NCBI RefSeq assembly: GCF_003334405.1
Contig: NZ_QOWM01000001.1
DNA: 64,000 nt
Direction: 5' to 3' (one strand)
DNA from: Escherichia coli
GTDB taxonomy: Bacteria > Pseudomonadota > Gammaproteobacteria > Enterobacterales > Enterobacteriaceae
Shown here piece after piece: positions 1 through 11,296 of the stretch; the first letter of the stretch is position 1, and each line of letters begins with the position of its first letter. Position numbers and translations under genes: made by a program. The notes under the pieces are model-generated. The model made no database searches and was not told the origin of the DNA. It saw only the letters and a list, made by a program, of their open reading frames with translations.

Positions 1-165
1 AAAATGATGATCAACGCTTTTGATGATAACCGCAATTTTCGCGTGCAATTATATCTTTTTACTCCGGTATCGCTGTTTTTTACCGGTTCGATATTTAGCC
101 CGGAATATGCATTTTTAATCGTCTGTCCGTTTATTTTGCGAAAAGCGTTAAATATTACGAGGTAA
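1..165 (+). CDS. wcaD: 3' end of upstream colanic acid gene (wcaD-like, putative colanic acid polymerase), 5' truncated by window edge
   Basis: Open frame from base 1 to TAA at 163-165; hydrophobic C-terminus; sits immediately upstream of wcaE as in the cps gene order. Confidence 0.5.
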   Translation, partial: KMMINAFDDNRNFRVQLYLFTPVSLFFTGSIFSPEYAFLIVCPFILRKALNITR

Positions 166-175
166 GAATAAGAAC

Positions 176-922
176 ATGTTGCTTAGCATAATCACTGTCG
201 CGTTTCGTAACCTCGAAGGGATAGTCAAAACACATGCCTCGCTGGCGCATCTGGCGCAGGCGGAAGATATCAGCTTCGAATGGATTGTTGTCGATGGCGG
301 TTCCAATGACGGCACCCGTGAGTATCTGGAAAATCTCAATGGTATCTATAACCTACGCTTTGTCAGCGAGTCAGATAACGGTATCTACGACGCCATGAAC
401 AAAGGCATTACGATGGCACAAGGCAAGTTCGCGTTGTTTCTCAATTCGGGCGATATTTTTCATCAGGATGCCGCAAATTTTGTCCGTAAGTTAAAAATGC
501 AAAAAGATAACATGATGATCACCGGCGATGCGCTGCTGGATTTTGGCGACGGGCATAAAATTAAACGTAGCGCCAAACCGGGCTGGTATATTTATCACAG
601 CCTGCCCGCCAGTCATCAGGCGATATTTTTCCCTGTATCCGGCTTGAAAAAATGGCGTTATGACCTGGAATATAAAGTTTCTTCCGACTACGCGCTGGCA
701 GCCAAAATGTATAAAGCCGGTTATGCATTTAAAAAACTCAATGGCCTGGTGTCTGAATTTTCCATGGGTGGGGTATCTACCACCAATAATATGGAATTGT
801 GTGCTGACGCGAAAAAAGTCCAACGACAAATATTACATGTACCTGGCTTTTGGGCTGAATTATCCTGGCATTTACGCCAACGTACTACCTCAAAGACGAA
901 AGCCTTATATAACAAAGTCTGA
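176..922 (+). CDS. wcaE: Colanic acid biosynthesis glycosyltransferase WcaE (GT2)
   Basis: 248 aa ORF with [10 protein letters not shown] motif typical of GT2; synteny upstream of wcaF-gmd. Confidence 0.85.
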   Translation: MLLSIITVAFRNLEGIVKTHASLAHLAQAEDISFEWIVVDGGSNDGTREYLENLNGIYNLRFVSESDNGIYDAMNKGITMAQGKFALFLNSGDIFHQDAANFVRKLKMQKDNMMITGDALLDFGDGHKIKRSAKPGWYIYHSLPASHQAIFFPVSGLKKWRYDLEYKVSSDYALAAKMYKAGYAFKKLNGLVSEFSMGGVSTTNNMELCADAKKVQRQILHVPGFWAELSWHLRQRTTSKTKALYNKV

Positions 923-937
923 ATATAAGGAGAACCA

Positions 938-1486
938 ATGCAAGATTTAAGCGGTTTCTCGGTGCCGAAAGGGTTCCGGGGCGGCAACGCTATTAAAGTG
1001 CAATTATGGTGGGCAGTACAGGCAACAATATTTGCCTGGTCTCCACAAGTATTGTATCGCTGGCGGGCATTTTTATTACGTTTATTCGGCGCAAAAATAG
1101 GAAAAAACGTAGTTATTCGTCCGTCAGTAAAAATTACCTATCCGTGGAAATTAACCTTAGGTGATTACGCGTGGGTCGGCGATGACGTCAATTTATATAC
1201 CCTCGGTGAAATAACCATTGGCGCACATTCGGTGATATCGCAAAAAAGTTATTTATGCACCGGTAGCCACGACCATGCAAGTCAACATTTCACCATTAAT
1301 GCTACGCCTATTGTGATTGGCGAGAAATGCTGGCTGGCAACCGATGTTTTTGTTGCCCCTGGCGTCACGATTGGCGACGGCACCGTCGTGGGGGCGCGAA
1401 GCAGTGTTTTTAAAACGCTTCCGGCAAATGTGGTTTGCCGGGGGAATCCCGCAGTGGTGATACGTGAACGCGTTGAAACTGAATAA
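938..1486 (+). CDS. wcaF: Colanic acid biosynthesis acetyltransferase WcaF (hexapeptide-repeat)
   Basis: 182 aa ORF with left-handed beta-helix repeat pattern; synteny. Confidence 0.85.
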   Translation: MQDLSGFSVPKGFRGGNAIKVQLWWAVQATIFAWSPQVLYRWRAFLLRLFGAKIGKNVVIRPSVKITYPWKLTLGDYAWVGDDVNLYTLGEITIGAHSVISQKSYLCTGSHDHASQHFTINATPIVIGEKCWLATDVFVAPGVTIGDGTVVGARSSVFKTLPANVVCRGNPAVVIRERVETE

Positions 1487-1512
1487 ATTCAAAAAATACA
1501 GAGGAATAAGAC

Positions 1513-2634
1513 ATGTCAAAAGTCGCTCTCATCACCGGTGTAACCGGACAAGACGGTTCTTACCTGGCAGAGTTTCTGCTGGAAAAAGGTTACGAGGTGC
1601 ATGGTATTAAGCGTCGTGCATCGTCATTCAACACCGAGCGCGTGGATCACATTTATCAGGATCCGCACACCTGCAACCCGAAATTCCATCTGCATTATGG
1701 CGACCTGAGTGATACCTCCAACCTGACACGCATTTTGCGTGAAGTGCAGCCGGATGAAGTTTACAACCTGGGCGCAATGAGCCACGTTGCGGTTTCTTTT
1801 GAGTCACCGGAATATACCGCTGACGTCGACGCGATGGGTACGCTGCGCCTGCTGGAGGCGATCCGCTTCCTCGGTCTGGAAAAGAAAACCCGTTTCTATC
1901 AGGCTTCCACCTCTGAACTGTACGGTCTGGTGCAGGAAATTCCGCAGAAAGAAACCACGCCGTTCTACCCGCGATCTCCGTATGCGGTCGCCAAACTGTA
2001 TGCCTACTGGATCACCGTTAACTACCGCGAATCCTACGGCATGTACGCCTGTAACGGTATTCTCTTCAACCATGAATCCCCGCGCCGCGGCGAAACCTTC
2101 GTTACCCGCAAAATCACCCGCGCAATCGCCAATATCGCCCAGGGGCTGGAGTCGTGCCTGTACCTCGGCAATATGGATTCCCTGCGTGACTGGGGCCATG
2201 CCAAAGACTACGTAAAAATGCAGTGGATGATGCTGCAACAGGAACAACCGGAAGATTTCGTTATCGCGACCGGCGTTCAGTACTCCGTACGTCAGTTCGT
2301 GGAAATGGCGGCAGCACAGCTGGGCATCAAACTGCGCTTTGAAGGCACGGGCGTTGAAGAGAAGGGCATTGTGGTTTCCGTCACCGGGCATGACGCGCCG
2401 GGCGTTAAACCGGGCGATGTGATTATCGCCGTTGACCCGCGTTACTTCCGTCCGGCGGAAGTTGAAACGCTGCTCGGCGACCCGACCAAAGCGCACGAAA
2501 AACTGGGCTGGAAACCGGAAATCACCCTCAAAGAGATGGTGTCTGAAATGGTGGCTAATGACCTCGAAGCGGCGAAAAAACACTCTCTGCTGAAATCTCA
2601 CGGCTACGACGTGGCGATCGCGCTGGAGTCATAA
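1513..2634 (+). CDS. gmd: GDP-mannose 4,6-dehydratase
   Basis: 373 aa; N-terminal [15 protein letters not shown]ossmann motif; SD AGAGGAATAAGAC upstream; followed by fcl. Confidence 0.95.
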   Translation: MSKVALITGVTGQDGSYLAEFLLEKGYEVHGIKRRASSFNTERVDHIYQDPHTCNPKFHLHYGDLSDTSNLTRILREVQPDEVYNLGAMSHVAVSFESPEYTADVDAMGTLRLLEAIRFLGLEKKTRFYQASTSELYGLVQEIPQKETTPFYPRSPYAVAKLYAYWITVNYRESYGMYACNGILFNHESPRRGETFVTRKITRAIANIAQGLESCLYLGNMDSLRDWGHAKDYVKMQWMMLQQEQPEDFVIATGVQYSVRQFVEMAAAQLGIKLRFEGTGVEEKGIVVSVTGHDAPGVKPGDVIIAVDPRYFRPAEVETLLGDPTKAHEKLGWKPEITLKEMVSEMVANDLEAAKKHSLLKSHGYDVAIALES

Positions 2635-2636
2635 GC

Positions 2637-3602
2637 ATGAGTAAACAACGCATTTTTATCGCTGGTCATCGCGGGATGGTCGGTTCTGCCATCAAGCGGC
2701 AGCTCGAACAGCGCGGTGATGTGGAGCTGGTATTACGTACCCGCGATGAACTGAACCTGCTGGACAGCCGCGCGGTGCATGATTTCTTTGCCAGCGAAAG
2801 CATTGACCAGGTCTATCTGGCGGCGGCGAAAGTGGGCGGCATTGTTGCCAACAACACCTATCCGGCGGATTTCATCTACCAGAACATGATGATTGAGAGC
2901 AACATCATTCACGCCGCGCATCAGAACGACGTGAACAAACTGCTGTTTCTCGGATCGTCCTGCATCTACCCGAAACTGGCAAAACAGCCGATGGCAGAAA
3001 GCGAGCTGTTGCAGGGTACGCTGGAGCCGACCAACGAGCCTTATGCCATTGCCAAAATCGCCGGGATCAAACTGTGCGAATCTTACAACCGCCAGTATGG
3101 ACGCGATTACCGCTCTGTCATGCCGACCAACCTGTACGGGCCGCATGACAACTTCCACCCGAGTAATTCGCATGTGATCCCAGCATTGCTGCGTCGCTTC
3201 CACGAGGCGACGGCACAGAATGCGCCGGACGTGGTGGTGTGGGGCAGCGGTACACCGATGCGCGAATTTCTGCACGTCGATGATATGGCGGCGGCGAGCA
3301 TTCATGTCATGGAGCTGGCGCACGAAGTCTGGCTGGAGAACACCCAGCCGATGCTGTCGCACATTAACGTTGGTACGGGCGTTGACTGCACTATCCGCGA
3401 GCTGGCGCAAACCATCGCCAAAGTGGTGGGTTACAAAGGCCGGGTGGTTTTTGATGCCAGTAAACCGGATGGTACGCCGCGCAAACTGCTGGATGTGACG
3501 CGCCTGCATCAGCTTGGCTGGTATCACGAAATCTCACTGGAAGCGGGGCTTGCCAGCACTTACCAGTGGTTCCTTGAGAATCAAGACCGCTTTCGGGGGT
3601 AA
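2637..3602 (+). CDS. fcl: GDP-L-fucose synthase (GDP-4-keto-6-deoxymannose epimerase/reductase)
   Basis: 321 aa SDR-type ORF directly after gmd with 2-nt spacing. Confidence 0.95.
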   Translation: MSKQRIFIAGHRGMVGSAIKRQLEQRGDVELVLRTRDELNLLDSRAVHDFFASESIDQVYLAAAKVGGIVANNTYPADFIYQNMMIESNIIHAAHQNDVNKLLFLGSSCIYPKLAKQPMAESELLQGTLEPTNEPYAIAKIAGIKLCESYNRQYGRDYRSVMPTNLYGPHDNFHPSNSHVIPALLRRFHEATAQNAPDVVVWGSGTPMREFLHVDDMAAASIHVMELAHEVWLENTQPMLSHINVGTGVDCTIRELAQTIAKVVGYKGRVVFDASKPDGTPRKLLDVTRLHQLGWYHEISLEAGLASTYQWFLENQDRFRG

Positions 3603-3604
3603 TG

Positions 3605-4084
3605 ATGTTTTTACGTCAGGAAGACTTTGCCACGGTAGTGCGCTCCACCCCGCTTGTCTCTCTCGACTTTATTGTCGAGAACAGTCGCGGCGAGTTTCTG
3701 CTTGGCAAAAGAACCAACCGCCCGGCGCAGGGTTACTGGTTTGTGCCGGGAGGGCGCGTGCAGAAAGACGAAACGCTGGAAGCCGCATTTGAGCGGCTGA
3801 CGATGGCGGAACTGGGGCTGCGTCTGCCGATAACAGCAGGCCAGTTTTACGGTGTCTGGCAGCACTTTTATGACGATAACTTCTCCGGCACGGATTTCAC
3901 CACTCACTATGTGGTGCTCGGTTTTCGCTTCAGAGTAGCGGAAGAAGAGCTGTTACTGCCGGATGAGCAGCATGACGATTACCGCTGGCTGACGCCGGAC
4001 GCACTGCTCGCCAGTGACAATGTTCACGCTAACAGCCGCGCCTATTTTCTCGCTGAGAAGCGTGCCGGAGTACCCGGATTATGA
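3605..4084 (+). CDS. gmm: GDP-mannose mannosyl hydrolase (Nudix)
   Basis: 159 aa from MFLRQ; Nudix box region; start overlaps fcl stop. Confidence 0.9.
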   Translation: MFLRQEDFATVVRSTPLVSLDFIVENSRGEFLLGKRTNRPAQGYWFVPGGRVQKDETLEAAFERLTMAELGLRLPITAGQFYGVWQHFYDDNFSGTDFTTHYVVLGFRFRVAEEELLLPDEQHDDYRWLTPDALLASDNVHANSRAYFLAEKRAGVPGL

Positions 4085-5304
4085 AAATACTGGTCTACGG
4101 CATTAACTACTCGCCGGAGTTAACCGGCATCGGCAAATACACCGGCGAGATGGTGGAATGGCTGGCGGCACAAGGTCATGAGGTGCGGGTCATTACCGCA
4201 CCGCCTTACTACCCGCAGTGGCAGGTGGGCGAGAACTATTCCGCCTGGCGGTACAAACGGGAAGAGGGGGCCGCCACGGTGTGGCGCTGCCCGCTGTACG
4301 TGCCAAAACAGCCGAGCACCCTGAAACGCCTGTTGCATCTCGGCAGTTTTGCCGTCAGCAGTTTTTTCCCGTTGATGGCGCAACGTCGCTGGAAGCCGGA
4401 TCGCATTATCGGCGTAGTGCCAACGCTGTTTTGCACGCCGGGAATGCGCCTGCTGGCGAAACTTTCTGGTGCGCGCACGGTGCTGCATATTCAGGATTAC
4501 GAAGTGGACGCCATGCTGGGGCTGGGCCTTGCCGGAAAAGGCAAAGGCGGCAAAGTGGCACAGCTGGCGACGGCGTTCGAACGTAGCGGACTGCATAACG
4601 TCGATAACGTCTCCACGATTTCGCGTTCGATGATGAATAAAGCCATCGAAAAAGGCGTGGCAGCGGAAAACGTCATCTTCTTCCCCAATTGGTCGGAAAT
4701 CGCCCGTTTTCAATATGTTGCAGACGCCGATGTTGATGCCCTTCGTAACCAGCTTGGCCTGCCGGATAACAAAAAAATCATTCTTTACTCCGGCAATATT
4801 GGTGAAAAGCAGGGGCTGGAAAACGTTATTGAAGCTGCCGAACGCCTGCGTGATGAACCACTGATTTTTGCCATTGTCGGGCAGGGCGGCGGCAAAGCGC
4901 GGCTGGAAAAAATGGCGCAGCAGCGTGGACTGCGCAACATGCAATTTTTCCCGCTGCAATCGTATGACGCTTTACCCGCACTGCTGAAGATGGGCGATTG
5001 CCATCTGGTGGTGCAAAAACGCGGCGCGGCAGATGCCGTATTGCCGTCGAAACTGACCAATATTCTGGCAGTAGGCGGTAACGCAGTGATTACCGCAGAA
5101 GCCCACACAGAACTGGGGCAGCTTTGCGAAATCTTTCCGGGCATTGCGGTTTGCGTTGAACCGGAATCGGTCGAGGCGCTGGTGGCGGGGATTCGTCAGG
5201 CGCTCCTGCTGCCCAAACACAACACGGTGGCACGTGAATATGCCGAACGCACGCTCGATAAAGAGAACGTGTTACGTCAATTTATAAATGATATTCGGGG
5301 ATAA
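4081..5304 (+). CDS. wcaI: Colanic acid biosynthesis glycosyltransferase WcaI (GT4)
   Basis: 407 aa; start overlaps gmm stop (ATGA); synteny. Confidence 0.9.
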   Translation: MKILVYGINYSPELTGIGKYTGEMVEWLAAQGHEVRVITAPPYYPQWQVGENYSAWRYKREEGAATVWRCPLYVPKQPSTLKRLLHLGSFAVSSFFPLMAQRRWKPDRIIGVVPTLFCTPGMRLLAKLSGARTVLHIQDYEVDAMLGLGLAGKGKGGKVAQLATAFERSGLHNVDNVSTISRSMMNKAIEKGVAAENVIFFPNWSEIARFQYVADADVDALRNQLGLPDNKKIILYSGNIGEKQGLENVIEAAERLRDEPLIFAIVGQGGGKARLEKMAQQRGLRNMQFFPLQSYDALPALLKMGDCHLVVQKRGAADAVLPSKLTNILAVGGNAVITAEAHTELGQLCEIFPGIAVCVEPESVEALVAGIRQALLLPKHNTVAREYAERTLDKENVLRQFINDIRG

Positions 5305-5306
5305 TT

Positions 5307-6743
5307 ATGGCGCAGTCGAAACTCTATCCAGTTGTGATGGCAGGTGGCTCCGGTAGCCGCTTATGGCCGCTTTCCCGCGTACTTTACCCCAAGCAGTTTT
5401 TATGCCTGAAAGGCGATCTCACCATGCTGCAAACCACCATCTGCCGCCTGAACGGCGTGGAGTGCGAAAGCCCGGTGGTGATTTGCAATGAGCAGCACCG
5501 CTTTATTGTCGCGGAACAGCTGCGTCAACTGAACAAACTCACCGAGAACATTATTCTCGAACCTGCAGGGCGTAACACTGCACCTGCCATTGCGCTGGCG
5601 GCGCTGGCGGCAAAACGTCATAGCCCGGAGATCGACCCGTTAATGCTGGTATTGGCGGCGGATCATGTGATTGCCGATGAAGACGCGTTCCGTGCCGCCG
5701 TGCGTAATGCCATGCCGTATGCCGAAGCGGGCAAGCTGGTGACCTTCGGCATTGTGCCGGATCTACCTGAAACCGGATATGGCTATATTCGTCGCGGTGA
5801 AGTATCTGCGGGTGAGCAGGATACGGTGGCCTTTGAAATGGCGCAGTTTGTCGAAAAACCGAATCTGGAAACCGCCCAGGCCTATGTGGCAAGCGGCGAA
5901 TATTACTGGAACAGCGGCATGTTCCTGTTCCGCGCCGGACGCTATCTCGAAGAACTGAAAAAATATCGCCCGGATATTCTCGACGCCTGTGAACAAGCGA
6001 TGAGCGCCGTCGATCCGGATCTCGATTTTATTCGCGTGGATGAAGAAGCGTTTCTGGCCTGCCCGGAAGAGTCGGTGGATTACGCGGTCATGGAACGTAC
6101 GGCAGATGCCGTTGTGGTGCCGATGGATGCGGGCTGGAGCGATGTCGGTTCCTGGTCTTCATTATGGGAGATCAGCGCCCACACCGCCGAGGGCAACGTT
6201 TGCCACGGCGATGTGATTAATCACAAAACTGAAAACAGCTATGTGTATGCCGAATCTGGCCTGGTCACCACCGTCGGGGTGAAAGATCTGGTGGTGGTGC
6301 AGACCAAAGATGCGGTGCTGATTGCAGACCGTAACGCGGTACAGGATGTGAAAAAAGTGGTCGAGCAGATCAAAGCCGAAGGTCGCCATGAGCATCGGGT
6401 GCATCGCGAAGTGTATCGCCCGTGGGGCAAATATGACTCTATTGACGCGGGCGACCGCTATCAGGTGAAACGCATCACCGTGAAACCGGGCGAGGGCTTG
6501 TCGGTACAGATGCACCATCACCGCGCGGAACACTGGGTGGTTGTCGCAGGAACGGCAAAAGTCACTATTGACGGTGATATCAAACTGCTTGGTGAAAACG
6601 AGTCCATTTATATTCCGCTGGGGGCGACGCACTGCCTGGAAAACCCGGGGAAAATTCCGCTCGATTTAATTGAAGTGCGCTCCGGGTCTTACCTCGAAGA
6701 GGATGATGTGGTGCGCTTCGCGGATCGCTACGGACGGGTATAG
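5307..6743 (+). CDS. cpsB: Mannose-1-phosphate guanylyltransferase (colanic acid copy)
   Basis: 478 aa; [11 protein letters not shown] nucleotidyl-transferase motif and C-terminal cupin domain; paralogue of the ORF at 21239-22678. Confidence 0.95.
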   Translation: MAQSKLYPVVMAGGSGSRLWPLSRVLYPKQFLCLKGDLTMLQTTICRLNGVECESPVVICNEQHRFIVAEQLRQLNKLTENIILEPAGRNTAPAIALAALAAKRHSPEIDPLMLVLAADHVIADEDAFRAAVRNAMPYAEAGKLVTFGIVPDLPETGYGYIRRGEVSAGEQDTVAFEMAQFVEKPNLETAQAYVASGEYYWNSGMFLFRAGRYLEELKKYRPDILDACEQAMSAVDPDLDFIRVDEEAFLACPEESVDYAVMERTADAVVVPMDAGWSDVGSWSSLWEISAHTAEGNVCHGDVINHKTENSYVYAESGLVTTVGVKDLVVVQTKDAVLIADRNAVQDVKKVVEQIKAEGRHEHRVHREVYRPWGKYDSIDAGDRYQVKRITVKPGEGLSVQMHHHRAEHWVVVAGTAKVTIDGDIKLLGENESIYIPLGATHCLENPGKIPLDLIEVRSGSYLEEDDVVRFADRYGRV

Positions 6744-6844
6744 CAGTTGAATAATCAACCGGAATAAATCTCCGGCAAATAACGACAAAAACAAAATTGG
6801 CCGTTTCGGTCAGGGCCAACTATTGCCTGAAAAAGGGTAACGAC

Positions 6845-8215
6845 ATGAAAAAATTAACCTGCTTTAAAGCCTACGATATTCGCGGGAAATTAGGCGAAGA
6901 ACTGAATGAAGATATTGCCTGGCGTATTGGTCGCGCCTATGGCGAATTTCTTAAACCGAAAACCATTGTTTTAGGCGGTGATGTCCGCCTCACCAGCGAA
7001 ACCTTAAAACTGGCGCTGGCAAAAGGTTTACAGGATGCGGGCGTCGATGTGCTGGATATTGGCATGTCCGGCACCGAAGAGATCTATTTCGCCACGTTCC
7101 ATCTCAGCGTGGATGGCGGCATTGAAGTTACCGCCAGCCATAACCCGATGGATTACAACGGCATGAAGCTGGTGCGCGAAGGGGCTCGCCCGATCAGCGG
7201 CGATACCGGACTGCGCGACGTCCAGCGTCTGGCAGAAGCCAATGACTTCCCTCCTGTCGATGAAACCAAACGCGGTCGCTATCAGCAAATCAATCTGCGT
7301 GACGCTTACGTTGATCACCTGTTCGGTTATATCAACGTCAAAAACCTCACGCCGCTCAAGCTGGTGATCAACTCCGGGAACGGCGCGGCGGGGCCGGTGG
7401 TGGACGCCATTGAAGCTCGCTTTAAAGCCCTCGGCGCACCCGTAGAATTGATCAAAGTGCACAACACGCCCGACGGGAATTTCCCCAACGGTATTCCTAA
7501 CCCGCTACTGCCGGAATGTCGCGACGACACCCGCAATGCGGTCATCAAACACGGCGCAGATATGGGCATTGCCTTTGATGGCGATTTTGACCGCTGTTTC
7601 CTGTTTGACGAAAAAGGGCAGTTTATTGAGGGCTATTACATTGTCGGCCTGCTGGCAGAAGCGTTCCTCGAAAAAAATCCCGGCGCGAAGATCATCCACG
7701 ATCCACGTCTCTCCTGGAACACCGTTGATGTGGTGACGGCCGCGGGCGGCACGCCGGTGATGTCGAAAACCGGACACGCCTTTATTAAAGAACGTATGCG
7801 CAAGGAAGACGCCATCTACGGTGGCGAAATGAGCGCTCACCATTACTTCCGCGATTTCGCTTACTGTGACAGCGGCATGATCCCGTGGCTGCTGGTGGCC
7901 GAACTGGTGTGCCTGAAAGGAAAAACGCTGGGCGAACTGGTGCGCGACCGGATGGCAGCGTTTCCGGCAAGCGGTGAGATCAACAGCAAACTGGCGCAAC
8001 CCGTTGAGGCGATTAACCGCGTCGAACAGCATTTTAGCCGTGAGGCGCTGGCGGTGGATCGTACCGATGGCATCAGTATGACCTTTGCCGACTGGCGTTT
8101 TAACCTGCGCTCCTCCAACACCGAACCGGTGGTGCGGTTGAATGTGGAATCGCGCGGTGATGTGCCGCTGATGGAAGCGCGAACGCGAACTCTGCTGACG
8201 TTGCTGAACGAGTAA
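6845..8215 (+). CDS. cpsG: Phosphomannomutase (colanic acid copy)
   Basis: Start taken at [14 protein letters not shown] (internal to the listed ORF 6797-8215); TASHNP active-site motif; paralogue at 22705-24099. Confidence 0.95.
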   Translation: MKKLTCFKAYDIRGKLGEELNEDIAWRIGRAYGEFLKPKTIVLGGDVRLTSETLKLALAKGLQDAGVDVLDIGMSGTEEIYFATFHLSVDGGIEVTASHNPMDYNGMKLVREGARPISGDTGLRDVQRLAEANDFPPVDETKRGRYQQINLRDAYVDHLFGYINVKNLTPLKLVINSGNGAAGPVVDAIEARFKALGAPVELIKVHNTPDGNFPNGIPNPLLPECRDDTRNAVIKHGADMGIAFDGDFDRCFLFDEKGQFIEGYYIVGLLAEAFLEKNPGAKIIHDPRLSWNTVDVVTAAGGTPVMSKTGHAFIKERMRKEDAIYGGEMSAHHYFRDFAYCDSGMIPWLLVAELVCLKGKTLGELVRDRMAAFPASGEINSKLAQPVEAINRVEQHFSREALAVDRTDGISMTFADWRFNLRSSNTEPVVRLNVESRGDVPLMEARTRTLLTLLNE

Positions 8216-8220
8216 TGTCA

Positions 8221-8340
8221 TTACTTTCCCCCTCACCCTGACGCTCTACTGCCTGCGAAGAGAAGTGAGCACGGAACTTTCTTCTCCCCCTCGCCCCTTT
8301 GGGGAGAGGGCCGGGGTGAGGGGCGAGGCGACAATAGAAC
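8221..8340. repeat. GC-rich imperfect palindromic intergenic repeat (REP/BIME-like)
   Basis: CCCCTCACCC ... GGGGTGAGGGGCGAGG and CCCCTCGCCCC...GGGGAGAGGG inverted motifs between cpsG and wcaJ. Confidence 0.5.
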
Positions 8341-8350
8341 AGGAACAACG

Positions 8351-9745
8351 ATGACAAATCTAAAAAAACGCGAGCGAGCGAAAACCAATGCATCGTTAAT
8401 CTCTATGGTGCAACGCTTTTCAGATATCACCATCATGTTTGCCGGGCTATGGCTGGTTTGCGAAGTCAGCGGACTGTCATTCCTCTACATGCACCTGTTG
8501 GTGGCGCTGATTACGCTGGTGGTGTTCCAGATGCTGGGCGGCATCACCGATTTTTATCGCTCATGGCGAGGTGTTCGGGCAGCGACAGAATTTGCCCTGT
8601 TGCTACAAAACTGGACGTTAAGCGTGATTTTCAGCGCCGGACTGGTGGCGTTTAACAATGATTTCGACACGCAACTGAAAATCTGGCTGGCGTGGTATGG
8701 GCTGACCAGCATCGGACTGGTGGTTTGCCGTTCATGTATTCGCATTGGGGCGGGCTGGCTGCGTAATCATGGCTATAACAAGCGCATGGTCGCGGTGGCG
8801 GGGGATTTAGCCGCTGGACAAATGCTGATGGAGAGCTTCCGTAATCAGCCGTGGTTAGGGTTTGAAGTGGTGGGCGTTTACCACGACCCGAAACCGGGTG
8901 GCGTTTCTAACGACTGGGCGGGCAATCTGCAACAGCTGGTCGAGGATGCGAAAGCGGGCAAGATTCATAACGTCTATATCGCGATGCAAATGTGCGACGG
9001 CGCGCGAGTGAAAAAACTGGTCCATCAATTGGCGGACACCACCTGTTCGGTGCTGCTGATCCCCGATGTCTTTACTTTCAACATTCTCCATTCACGTCTC
9101 GAAGAGATGAACGGCGTTCCGGTGGTGCCGCTTTACGATACGCCGCTTTCCGGGGTTAACCGCCTGATAAAACGTGCGGAAGACATTGTGCTGGCGACGC
9201 TTATCCTGCTGCTGATCTCCCCGGTGCTGTGCTGCATTGCGCTGGCGGTGAAACTCAGTTCACCTGGGCCGGTTATTTTCCGCCAGACTCGCTACGGTAT
9301 GGATGGCAAGCCGATCAAAGTGTGGAAGTTCCGTTCCATGAAAGTGATGGAGAACGACAAAGTGGTGACCCAGGCGACGCAGAACGATCCGCGCGTCACT
9401 AAAGTGGGGAACTTTCTGCGCCGCACCTCGCTGGATGAATTGCCGCAGTTTATCAATGTGCTGACTGGCGGGATGTCGATTGTCGGGCCACGTCCGCACG
9501 CGGTGGCGCATAACGAACAGTATCGCCAGCTCATTGAAGGCTACATGCTGCGCCATAAAGTGAAACCGGGCATTACCGGCTGGGCGCAGATTAATGGCTG
9601 GCGCGGCGAAACCGACACGCTGGAGAAAATGGAAAAACGCGTCGAGTTCGACCTTGAGTACATCCGCGAGTGGAGCGTCTGGTTCGATATCAAAATCGTT
9701 TTCCTGACGGTATTCAAAGGCTTCGTTAACAAAGCGGCATATTGA
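8351..9745 (+). CDS. wcaJ: UDP-glucose:undecaprenyl-phosphate glucose-1-phosphate transferase
   Basis: 464 aa; N-terminal TM segments and C-terminal bacterial sugar transferase domain (PRPHAVAHNEQYRQLIEGY). Confidence 0.9.
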   Translation: MTNLKKRERAKTNASLISMVQRFSDITIMFAGLWLVCEVSGLSFLYMHLLVALITLVVFQMLGGITDFYRSWRGVRAATEFALLLQNWTLSVIFSAGLVAFNNDFDTQLKIWLAWYGLTSIGLVVCRSCIRIGAGWLRNHGYNKRMVAVAGDLAAGQMLMESFRNQPWLGFEVVGVYHDPKPGGVSNDWAGNLQQLVEDAKAGKIHNVYIAMQMCDGARVKKLVHQLADTTCSVLLIPDVFTFNILHSRLEEMNGVPVVPLYDTPLSGVNRLIKRAEDIVLATLILLLISPVLCCIALAVKLSSPGPVIFRQTRYGMDGKPIKVWKFRSMKVMENDKVVTQATQNDPRVTKVGNFLRRTSLDELPQFINVLTGGMSIVGPRPHAVAHNEQYRQLIEGYMLRHKVKPGITGWAQINGWRGETDTLEKMEKRVEFDLEYIREWSVWFDIKIVFLTVFKGFVNKAAY

Positions 9746-9746
9746 T

Positions 9747-11225
9747 ATGAGCTTACGTGAAAAAACCATCAGCGGCGCGAAGTGGTCGGCGATTGCCACG
9801 GTGAGCATCATCGGCCTCGGGCTGGTGCAGATGACCGTGCTGGCGCGGATTATCGACAACCACCAGTTCGGCCTGCTTACCGTGTCGCTGGTGATTATCG
9901 CGCTGGCAGATACGCTTTCTGACTTCGGTATCGCTAACTCCATTATTCAGCGAAAAGAAATCAGTCACCTTGAACTCACCACGTTGTACTGGCTGAACGT
10001 CGGGCTGGGGATCGTGGTGTGCGTGGCGGTGTTTTTGTTGAGTGATGCCATTGGCGACATGCTGAATAACCCGGACCTGGCACCGTTGATTAAAACATTG
10101 TCGCTGGCGTTTGTGGTGATCCCCCACGGGCAACAGTTCCGCGCGTTGATGCAAAAAGAGCTGGAGTTCAACAAAATCGGCATGATCGAAACCAGCGCGG
10201 TGCTGGCGGGCTTTACTTTTACGGTGGTTAGCGCCCATTTCTGGCCGCTGGCGATGACCGCGATCCTCGGTTATCTGGTCAATAGTGCGGTAAGAACGCT
10301 GCTGTTTGGCTACTTTGGTCGAAAAATTTATCGCCCCGGTCTGCATTTCTCGCTGGCATCGGTGGCACCAAACTTACGCTTTGGTGCCTGGCTGACGGCG
10401 GACAGCATCATCAACTATCTCAACACCAACCTTTCAACGCTGGTGCTGGCGCGTATTCTCGGCGCGGGCGTGGCAGGGGGATACAACCTGGCGTACAACG
10501 TGGCCGTTGTGCCACCGATGAAGCTGAACCCAATCATCACCCGCGTGTTGTTTCCGGCATTCGCCAAAATTCAGGATGACACCGAAAAGCTGCGCGTCAA
10601 CTTCTACAAGCTGCTGTCGGTAGTGGGGATTATCAACTTTCCGGCGCTGCTCGGGCTGATGGTGGTGTCAAATAACTTTGTACCGCTGGTATTTGGCGAA
10701 AAGTGGAACAGCATTATTCCGGTGCTGCAATTGCTGTGTGTGGTGGGGCTACTGCGCTCCGTGGGTAACCCGATTGGTTCGCTGCTGATGGCGAAAGCGC
10801 GGGTCGATATCAGCTTTAAATTCAACGTATTCAAAACCTTTCTGTTTATTCCGGCGATTGTTATTGGTGGGCAGATGGCGGGCGCAATCGGCGTCACGCT
10901 CGGCTTCCTGCTGGTGCAGATTATCAACACCATTCTGAGTTACTTCGTGATGATTAAACCGGTGCTCGGTTCCAGTTATCGCCAGTACATCCTGAGTTTA
11001 TGGCTGCCGTTTTATCTCTCGCTGCCGACGCTGGCGGTCAGTTATGCGCTGGGCATTGTACTGAAAGGGCAACTGGCGCTGGGGATGCTGCTGGCGGTGC
11101 AAATAGCCGCGGGCGTGCTGGCGTTTGTGGTGATGATTGTGCTGTCGCGCCATCCGCTGATGGTGGAAGTGAAGCGTCAGTTTTGTCGCAGCGAAAAAAT
11201 GAAAATGCTTTTACGGGCGGGGTGA
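9747..11225 (+). CDS. wzxC: Colanic acid repeat-unit flippase (Wzx family)
   Basis: 492 aa polytopic membrane protein directly after wcaJ. Confidence 0.9.
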   Translation: MSLREKTISGAKWSAIATVSIIGLGLVQMTVLARIIDNHQFGLLTVSLVIIALADTLSDFGIANSIIQRKEISHLELTTLYWLNVGLGIVVCVAVFLLSDAIGDMLNNPDLAPLIKTLSLAFVVIPHGQQFRALMQKELEFNKIGMIETSAVLAGFTFTVVSAHFWPLAMTAILGYLVNSAVRTLLFGYFGRKIYRPGLHFSLASVAPNLRFGAWLTADSIINYLNTNLSTLVLARILGAGVAGGYNLAYNVAVVPPMKLNPIITRVLFPAFAKIQDDTEKLRVNFYKLLSVVGIINFPALLGLMVVSNNFVPLVFGEKWNSIIPVLQLLCVVGLLRSVGNPIGSLLMAKARVDISFKFNVFKTFLFIPAIVIGGQMAGAIGVTLGFLLVQIINTILSYFVMIKPVLGSSYRQYILSLWLPFYLSLPTLAVSYALGIVLKGQLALGMLLAVQIAAGVLAFVVMIVLSRHPLMVEVKRQFCRSEKMKMLLRAG

Positions 11226-11296
11226 ATGGTTGTTTTAGGCTACGGCAATAAAAACAATAACATAACCTCACCTGGCATCAAATTTATGAGGAAAAA

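Noticed and set aside
1804-2601. 265-aa minus-strand ORF inside gmd
   Set aside because: Antisense shadow ORF fully contained in a well-supported coding gene; no start context.
2733-3527. 264-aa minus-strand ORF inside fcl
   Set aside because: Antisense shadow ORF typical of GC-rich coding sequence.
4120-4959. 279-aa minus-strand ORF inside wcaI
   Set aside because: Antisense shadow ORF; wcaI on the plus strand has the GT motifs and the synteny.
6797-6844. N-terminal extension of cpsG in the listed ORF
   Set aside because: Internal ATG at 6845 gives the conserved [14 protein letters not shown] start; same reasoning applied to manC (21215-21238) and the ExoV-like gene (24068-24109, which would overlap manB).
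7505-8236. 243-aa minus-strand ORF inside cpsG
   Set aside because: Antisense shadow ORF; plus-strand phosphomannomutase is unambiguous.
8100-8436. Two minus-strand ORFs (97 and 67 aa) through the GC-rich repeat
   Set aside because: Translation (PLPKGARGRRKF, PRPSPRPSPQRGEGE) is a by-product of the palindromic repeat composition.
9260-9943. 227-aa minus-strand ORF spanning the wcaJ-wzxC junction
   Set aside because: Crosses two well-supported plus-strand genes; shadow ORF.
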